NCBI RefSeq assembly: GCF_009914755.1
Contig: NC_060926.1
Length of the DNA: 64,000 nucleotides
Direction: 5' to 3' (one strand)
Origin: the human T2T-CHM13v2.0 reference genome, Homo sapiens
Program-made: the position numbers and the translations under genes
In this document: positions 52,385-64,000 of the stretch, one piece after another
Layout: each line of letters starts with the position of its first letter
Numbering within the stretch: position 1 is the stretch's first letter
Notes under the pieces: model-generated
Seen by the model: the letters and a program-made list of their open reading frames with translations, nothing else
Database searches by the model: none
What the model was told of the DNA's origin: nothing

Positions 52385-53183
52385 TTAAGTGTCCTAAATC
52401 AAGCTAATTAACATATGCACTACCTCATATTTATCTTGTTGGGGGTAGAATACAATCTTAGTCCATTTTTGTGCTGCTATCACTGAATACCTGTCTGGGT
52501 AATTTATAAACAAAAGAAACTTACCTTTTCATAGTTCTGGAGGCTAGGAAGTCTGAGATAGAGGCACTGGCAAGTTCCCTTGTCTGATGAGAGCTGCTTT
52601 CCAAGATGGTACCTTGATGCTCTGTCCTCCAGAGGGGAGAAATGCTGAGCCCCTACACAGTAGAAGGTGGAAAGGCAAGGGGGCTGAATGCTGTATGAAG
52701 CCTCTTTTATAAAGGCCTTAATTCCATCACAAGGGAGAAGCCCTCATGGCCTAATTGCCTTCTAAAGGCCCCACCTGTTAACACTACCACATTGGCAACA
52801 CCTGAATTTTGTAGGGAACACATTCAAATTATGGCAAACACTTAAAATCTACTTTTGTAGTAATTTTTAAGTATATAATATAGTGTTTTTAACTATAGTT
52901 ACCATGTTGTATAATGGATCTCTTGACCTTATTCCTCCTAACTGAAATTTTATTTTCTTTGATCAACTTCTCCCCAATTTCCCCACCATTAGCCTCTGGT
53001 AACCACCATTCTAGTCTCTGCTTCTATGAGTTCAACTTTTTTAGATTCCACATACAAGAGAGATCATGTGGTATTAGTCTCTCTGTGTCTGGCTTGTTTC
53101 ATTTAATACAGTGTCCTCCAGGTGTATCCATGTTGTCACAAATGACAGGATTTCCTTTTTTTTAAAGGCTGAATAGTATTCCA

Positions 53184-53227
<44 letters not shown>

Positions 53228-53362
53228 ATATACACCACATTTTCTTTATCCATCCATCAGTTAATGGACATTTAGGCTGATTCTATAATTTGGCTATTGA
53301 AAAAATGCTGCAATTAATATAGAAATGTACATATTTCTTCAACATACCAATTTCATTTCCTC
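52385..53362 (-). mobile_element. L1MA-type 3' end interrupted by an MST-family LTR (about 52454-52836) and (TG)n
   Basis: atcaagctaattaacata...aacacttaaaatctac...gcctctggtaaccaccattcta...ggctgaatagtattcca; MST part tcttagtccatttttgtgctgctat...acattcaaattatggca with aatac/aacac TSD. Confidence 0.8.
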
Positions 53363-53779
53363 TGTAACTCCAAATTTCTATTTCTCATATATCTGTTAAT
53401 TGTTTCTTTGTAGCTGATGGTGCTCTCACTAGCAACCCAGTTAACTTCCTGGTGAATGCTCTGCCATGCATGCTCTATAAATTAGAGCTCCATTGTTATT
53501 TTCAAATACTTGATATGCAAAAGACAGCTCGCATTTGAATTCTATTTGCCTTGTTACAAAATAAAATTTAACATAGCATTTGTCAATAAAAAATAGCTAT
53601 TAAAGTCTTTAAATATAACTCTTACAAATGTTTGAATGATTGTAAAAAATGGTTTTAAATATTTTATCATCCCTGTGTGAAACTCTGTTTTCAATGATGA
53701 TGATCAAGAATTTGAGGAGAGTTCATTAAAAAGTCAATTAGAATTGGCTTGTACCCATTTCAGCATAAAACCCAACATA

Positions 53780-55949
53780 CAAAGCCTATGTTGAATCCCA
53801 CTTCCACTAGAGATATAGAAAGTCAAGAGAGAATATTGCATCCACCCTAACAGCAAGAATAAACCAGATAATCTAAAAAATCATAATTTTTAAAAGCCTG
53901 TAAGAAACCTAATGAACCAAAATTGAAAAAAATGACAAAAACCTCCCAGGAGAGAGGAGACCCCACAACTGCTTTTATCTTTGGCTGCACAGTGAGTGGA
54001 AGAAGCTGCTGCCATGGATACAGGTAAGAAAAAAACAGCTGAAATTTTAGTGCAATTGTAAAGGGAGAGTATAGCTTGCATGATCATTTAGAATCCCCAG
54101 GAATCTCAGACACCAGGGGAGTCTCCACTTTACCCACCAACTCTTTTCTACAGGCTTTCACTGAGTGCTCACAGAAAGATCAGGAGAGCAAGACAGAAAC
54201 CCCAAGACACAGATGTTCAGAGCTTCTCAAGTCTGAGCAGGTGAACTGAAGGAAATCCCACAGGCACTTTGGTCATGGTGATTATAAGGCAGCAACTCTC
54301 TACCACTGGGGGAGGAACAGGTGAGCTGAGTGCACAGTGAGGCACGGTGCATGGGGTCTGCTGAAGTCCAAAGGCTGAGGGGAGAACTGAGAAACTCCAT
54401 TGGCTTTCTGGACATTACATTGCACACTAGACAACAGCCATCTGCTACTGGGGAGATGCTGGAGAGCTGAGAGAAACATCCCCTCTTCTCCAGGTACAAG
54501 TGTGCCAAGCCTGCTGGAGTCTAAGAAGAACTACAGGAAACCCCACAGACACTATGGCCCTTACCTAATAAGGTAAAGACCATCTACCTATTGGGGGAGG
54601 GGCCAGAGAGCTAAGAAAGACATCTCACTCCAAACCCAAGTGCACAGGTATTGCTGAAGTCCAGGGGCAGAACAAGAATATTAAGAGAAACCCCCAGCTA
54701 CTCCATGCCTTTCACTGAGTATGTGACAGCTCTCCTAAGAGCTGAGACAGGCATGAAGCAAAGGCAAACCGGGCTGGCTAAAGTACTAGGGCAGGAAAGA
54801 AGGACTGATCAACTCCCTCAGGCACTCATACCTCAAGTTCTGATTTCTCCATTGAACAATGTGAAGCCTGTGGTGAATTGAATCTAACTAAATCAACAAC
54901 AATTTCAGACCTAGATCAATTAGACTAAATTATCTCAAAAATTCTAGTGTAAAAATAAGCTTATGGCCTTCCAGAATAAAAATGCCTGCCCTTTTCTGGA
55001 TATGAATATTATTTTCTTCTGACTCTACTGTTCATTTATAATTAATCAAAAATTATAAGGCACATGAGCAAGTTAAGCAAATGATCTTCCTCAAGAGAGA
55101 AAACAGCAGATAGAACCAGAGCCACAGAATTATTGTAATTATCATATGGGGACTGTAAAATAATTACAATGTATAAAAGGATTGGGTGGAAAAGTGAGCA
55201 AAATCTCTGGACAGGTGGACAATTTCAGAGCCAAATGAAGATGCTAGAAATGAAAAATACTTTATCGATAAAGAATTTTAACACATTGTTAGCACACAAG
55301 ACACAGAAAAGGAAAGAACCGTGAAAGTGAAGACAATTTGTATCTCAGCACTCTACTTGCATTCAAGATATCTGATACATTTAAAACAGCCAAACAAACA
55401 CAAACGTTGAGTTCTAGGAAAAATTTAAATGACCTAGAATTTTCTAAAATATATGAAATTCCATCAACGCAAGATGGAATAAGCTCTGAAAACCCAAAGA
55501 AGAATGAATTCAAAGAAATACCAGTAAAAGCACCCATAGACACATCAGAATCAAACAGATGAATTCCAAACATAAAGGGAAAATCTGGAAAATTGGCAGA
55601 GAAAACAAGAGAGATTACATACAGGGGAGCAACATAGAAATTACAGCTTCTCACTGGAAACAATGGAGACCAGGAGACAGTGAAATGACATTTTAAAGTG
55701 TTGAAAGGAAAAAAAAATCAATCTAGAATTCTATGCCAGTGAAATCTTTTCCAAAAATGAAACCAGCCAAAATAAACATATTTTCAGGAAAACAAAAGTG
55801 AAGGAAATTGCCTCAAGCAGATCTCTACTACCAGGAAATACTCAAATAAGTTATTTAGGCCAAAAGGAAACAATATTAGACACCCAGTTCCTTAGGAAAG
55901 AATGAGAACTCTGGAAAGAGAAAGCATGTTAGCAAATATAAAAGACATT

Positions 55950-55984
<35 letters not shown>

Positions 55985-57905
55985 GCATACATAAATATTT
56001 TAAAGACCATTGGTTTCTAAAAGTAAAACTAAAAACAATGTAGTTACTTTACATTGTTCTGACATATTTAGAAGTAAGCTGTATGACAAGAGTATAGAGG
56101 GTAGGAGAAAGGCAATTAAAATATATTAAGAGTTTTATATTGTTTGTGAAGTAGTAAAATAATTTTTGTTGCCGATGTGATAAATTAGAGATGCATATAG
56201 TAATATCTATATAAAAATGACAGACATAAAAGCAACTAATGATAACTAACAGAAAATAACACAAAAATTAATATCTAAAAATACTTAATTCACACATAAA
56301 AGAGGCAGAAAAGGAGGAACAAAAAAACAAAAAGCAGGTGGAATAAAACACAAATCAGCAAGTATGTATTGGTTTAAAAAGGAAGACCAAAGTATATGTT
56401 TTTGACAAGGAATACATTTTAAACATAAAAACACAGAAAAGTTGAAAGTAAAAGGATGGAAAATGGAACAACATACACCACGCAAACACTAATTATGAGA
56501 AATCCGCCATGACTATGTTATATAACAGAAAGGAGACTTCAGCACAGAGAGTATTTCATACTGAGATAAAGACAGGTATTTCATAATGATAAATGAATTA
56601 CGTGATGAAGAAAACATAAACATTTTAAATGTGACAGAACAAAAGAAAAATATAGATAAGTTCATCATTATTTTGGGTTTAATTTCCTCTGCCTTTTCTT
56701 GCTTCTTAAAGTACAAGCTTTGAGCATTGATTTTACAACGAATGTAAAATCAATATTTTGAAGAATTGAATACCACTCTCTCAGCAGTTGATAGCACAAC
56801 TAGATTTTAAAAAATTTAAACAAGATAGAGAAGATATAACTCGACTTAATTGAAAGTACTAGAGCATGAAGCCCAACAACAGAAAAGGACTGAGTAATCT
56901 TCTGAAGTGCGCACAAAACATTCACCAAGGTGGACTATTTTCTGGATCATAAAACAAGTCTCCAAACATCTCAAAGATCAGAAATCATACAGAATACACT
57001 CTCTGACCACAGCAGTATTAAATTAGACATCAATAACAATACAATATTTTAATATGATTTTCTGCAATGATGGAAATATCTGTGCTGCCCAAGGTAGTAG
57101 TCTGGTAGTCATATCCACATGTGACTATTGAAGACTTGAAGTTTAGCTAGATCATCTTAGCAACTGAGTTTTTAATTTTAATTCATTGTAATTTTAATTT
57201 GAATATCCACATATAGCCAGTGGCTACTGTATTAAACAGCACAAATCTAGACAATTGCTAGATAATCAGAAATTAAACAGCACATTTCTAATAACTCATT
57301 ACATATGTGTGTGTATGTATATATATCACCAGGTAATATATATGTGTGTGTCTGTGTATATATATATATATATAAAATAGAACAAATCTAGACAATCTCT
57401 AGATTATATATATGTGTGTGTATACAAATATATATAAAATAAACAGAACAAATCTAGAACATCTCTAGATATTTGGAAATTAAATAGCACATTTCTAATA
57501 GCTCATTACAGATGTGTGTGTCTATATAAACATATATACATATATGTACATACATATATAAATATACATATATACACATCACAAGGGAAATTAGAAAATA
57601 TGAACAGAATGATAATAAAACATATCATTTTGCAATTCGTGTGATACAGATAAAGCAGTACTTAGAGGGAACTTCATAGTCATAAATGTCTGTATTTAAG
57701 AGGAGGAAGGTTGTAAAATCAATGCTCAAAGCTTGTACTTTAAGGAGCAAGAAAAGGCAGAGCAAATTAAACCCCAAAAAAGAAAAGGAAACACAATAAA
57801 ATTAGAGCCAAATCAGGGAAAACAGAAAACAATAGAGAAAATCAACGAACCTAAAGTCCTTGAAAAGATCAATAAGGTTGCTGAACCTCTAGCATCGAGA
57901 AAAAA
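53780..57905 (+). mobile_element. Old L1M 5' portion (5' UTR, ORF1 and ORF2 endonuclease remnants); resumes after 63967
   Basis: ORF1 3' landmarks gaaacaatggagaccaggagacagtgaaatgacatttt...ctagaattctat; EN landmarks ctctgaccacagcagtattaaattaga; MER3/33-like insert at ~57040-57245. Confidence 0.75.
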
Positions 57906-58814
57906 GGGGAAGAAGCAGCCAAGATGGCCGAATAGGAACAGCTCCGGTCTACAGCTCCCAGCGTGAGTGACACAGAAGACGGGTGATTTCTGCATTTCCA
58001 TCTGAGGTACCGGGTTCATCTCACTAGGGAGTGCCAGACAGTGGGCGCAGGCCAGTGGGTGCACGCACCATGCGCGAGCCGAAGCAGGGCAAGGCATTGC
58101 CTCACCTGGGAAGCGCAAGGGGTCAGGGAGTTCCCTTTCCGAGTCAAAGAAAGGGGTGACGGATGCAACTGGAAAATCGGGTCACTCCCACCCGAATATT
58201 GCGCTTTTCAGACCGGCTTAAAAAACGGTGCACCACGGGACTATATCCCACACCTGGCTTGGAGGGTCCTACGCCCACGGAGTCTCGCTGATTGCTAGCA
58301 CAGCAGTCTGAGATCAAACTGCAAGGCGGCAGCGAGGCTGGGGGAGGGGCGCCCGCCATTGCCCAGGCTTGCTTAGGTAAACGAAGCAGCCGGGAAGCTC
58401 GAACTGGGTGGAGCCCACCACAGCTCAAGGAGGCCTGCCTGCCTCTGTAGGCTCCACCTCTGGGGGCAGGGCACAGACAAACAAAAAGACAGCAGTAACC
58501 TCTGAAGACTTAAATGTCCCTGTCTGACAGCTTTGAAGAGAGCAGTGGTTCTCCCAGCATGCAGCTGGAGATCTGAGAACGGGCAGACTGCCTCCTCAAG
58601 TGGGTCCCTGACCCCTGACCCCCGAGCAGCCTAACTGGGAGTCACCCCCCAGCAGGGGCACACTGACACCTCACACGGCAGGGTATTCCAACAGACCTGC
58701 AGCTGAGGGTCCTGTCTGTTAGAAGGAAAACTAACAAACAGAAAGGACATCCACACCGAAAACCCATCTGTACATCACCATCATCAAAGACCAAAAGTAG
58801 ATAAAACCACAAAG
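57906..58814. promoter_or_regulatory. L1 5' UTR sense and antisense promoter (CpG-rich), YY1 motif caagatggccg at 57920-57930
   Basis: Matches the known L1PA 5' UTR; CpG density is high relative to the rest of the window. Confidence 0.85.
58144..58359 (-). CDS. ORF0: L1 antisense ORF0, 71 aa, open
   Basis: MAGAPPPASLPPCSLISDCCASNQRDSVGVGPSKPGVGYSPVVHRFLSRSEKRNIRVGVTRFSSCIRHPFL; ATG at 58359-58357. Confidence 0.8.
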   Translation of the reverse strand: MAGAPPPASLPPCSLISDCCASNQRDSVGVGPSKPGVGYSPVVHRFLSRSEKRNIRVGVTRFSSCIRHPFL

Positions 58815-59831
58815 ATGGGGAAAAAACAGAACAGAAAAACTGGAAACTCTAAAACGCAGAGCACCTCTCCTCCTCCAAAGGAACGCAGTTCCTCACCAGC
58901 AACGGAACAAAGCTGGATGGAGAATGACTTTGACAAGCTGAGAGAAGAAGGCTTCAGACAATCAAATTACTCTGAGCTACAGGAGGACATTCAAACCAAA
59001 GGCAAAGAAGTTGAAAACTTTGAAAAAAATTTAGAAGAATGTATAACTAGAATAACCAATACAGAGAAGTGCTTAAAGGAGCTGATGGAGCTGAAAACCA
59101 AGGCTCGAGAACTACGTGAAGAATGCAGAAGCCTCAGGAGCCGATGCGATCAACTGGAAGAAAGGGTATCAGCAATGGAAGATGAAATGAATGAAATGAA
59201 GCGAGAAGGGAAGTTTAGAGAAAAAAGAATAAAAAGAAATGAGCAAAGCCTCCAAGAAATATGGGACTATGTGAAAAGACCAAATCTACGTCTGATTGGT
59301 GTACCTGAAAGTGATGGGGAGAATGGAACCAAGTTGGAAAACACTCTGCAGGATATTATCCAGGAGAACTTCCCCAATCTAGCAAGGCAGGCCAACGTTC
59401 AGATTCAGGAAATACAGAGAACGCCACAAAGATACTCCTCGAGAAGAGCAACTCCAAGACACATAATTGTCAGATTCACCAAAGTTGAAATGAAGGAAAA
59501 AATGGTAAGGGCAGCCAGAGAGAAAGGTCGGGTTACCCTCAAAGGGAAGCCCATCAGACTAACAGCGGATCTCTCTGCAGAAACCCTACAAGCCAGAAGA
59601 GAGTGGGGGCCAATATTCAACATTCTTAAAGAAAAGAATTTTCAACCCAGAATTTCATATCCAGCCAAACTAAGCTTCATAAGTGAAGGAGAAATAAAAT
59701 ACTTTACAGACAAGCAAATGCTGAGAGATTTTGTCACCACCAAGCCTGCCCTAAAAGAGCTCCTGAAGGAAGCACTAAACATGGAAAGGAACAACCGGTA
59801 CCAGCCGCTGCAAAATCATACCAAAATGTAA
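58815..59831 (+). CDS. ORF1: LINE-1 ORF1p RNA-binding chaperone, 338 aa, intact
   Basis: Full-length MGKKQNRKTGNSKTQS...; REKG, ARR and YPAKLS motifs are present. Confidence 0.95.
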   Translation: MGKKQNRKTGNSKTQSTSPPPKERSSSPATEQSWMENDFDKLREEGFRQSNYSELQEDIQTKGKEVENFEKNLEECITRITNTEKCLKELMELKTKARELREECRSLRSRCDQLEERVSAMEDEMNEMKREGKFREKRIKRNEQSLQEIWDYVKRPNLRLIGVPESDGENGTKLENTLQDIIQENFPNLARQANVQIQEIQRTPQRYSSRRATPRHIIVRFTKVEMKEKMVRAAREKGRVTLKGKPIRLTADLSAETLQARREWGPIFNILKEKNFQPRISYPAKLSFISEGEIKYFTDKQMLRDFVTTKPALKELLKEALNMERNNRYQPLQNHTKM

Positions 59832-59867
59832 AGACCATCAAGACTAGGAAGAAACTGCATCAACTAA

Positions 59868-63714
<3,847 letters not shown>

Positions 63715-64000
63715 ACAATGAGATCACATGGACACATGAAGGGGAATACCACACTCTGGGGACTGTGGTGGGGTGGGGGGAGGGGGGAGGGATAGCATTG
63801 GGAGATATACCTAAGGCTAGATGACGAGTTAGTGGGTGCAGCGCACCAGCATGGCACATGTATACATATGTAACTAACCTGCACAATGTGCACATGTACA
63901 CTAAAACTTAAAGTATAATAAAAAAAAAGAGAAAAAATAAATAAATAAATAAATAAATAATAAAAAAGGAGAAAACACAAATTGCTATTATCAGCAATGT

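Overview
Primate (human or great-ape type) nuclear DNA, mostly interspersed repeats. I found no host protein-coding exon, RNA gene or CRISPR array that the sequence supports. Main elements in order: a deleted THE1/MaLR remnant (1-897); many Alu, MIR, L2, hAT MER and MaLR/ERV solo LTRs; a nested block of old L1 fragments (15.7-27.2 kb) containing a ~7 kb LTR8/HUERS-P1-type ERV; an intact-ended LTR2/Harlequin (HERV-E-related) provirus (41288-46034); and a full-length L1PA2-like LINE-1 (57906-63967) with intact ORF1 and ORF0 but a frameshifted ORF2. The most notable observation is that the LTR8 ERV is not a normal provirus. It has the structure of the viral mRNA (R-U5-PBS-internal-PPT-U3-R-polyA) with an L1-style target duplication, i.e. 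a probable L1-retrotransposed processed ERV copy. Other notable details: a probable old L1 3' transduction and a templated inverted insertion with a fold-back hairpin. Family names come from recalled consensus sequences, not a database search, so subfamily calls and some boundaries are approximate. I see no convincing novel protein-coding system.
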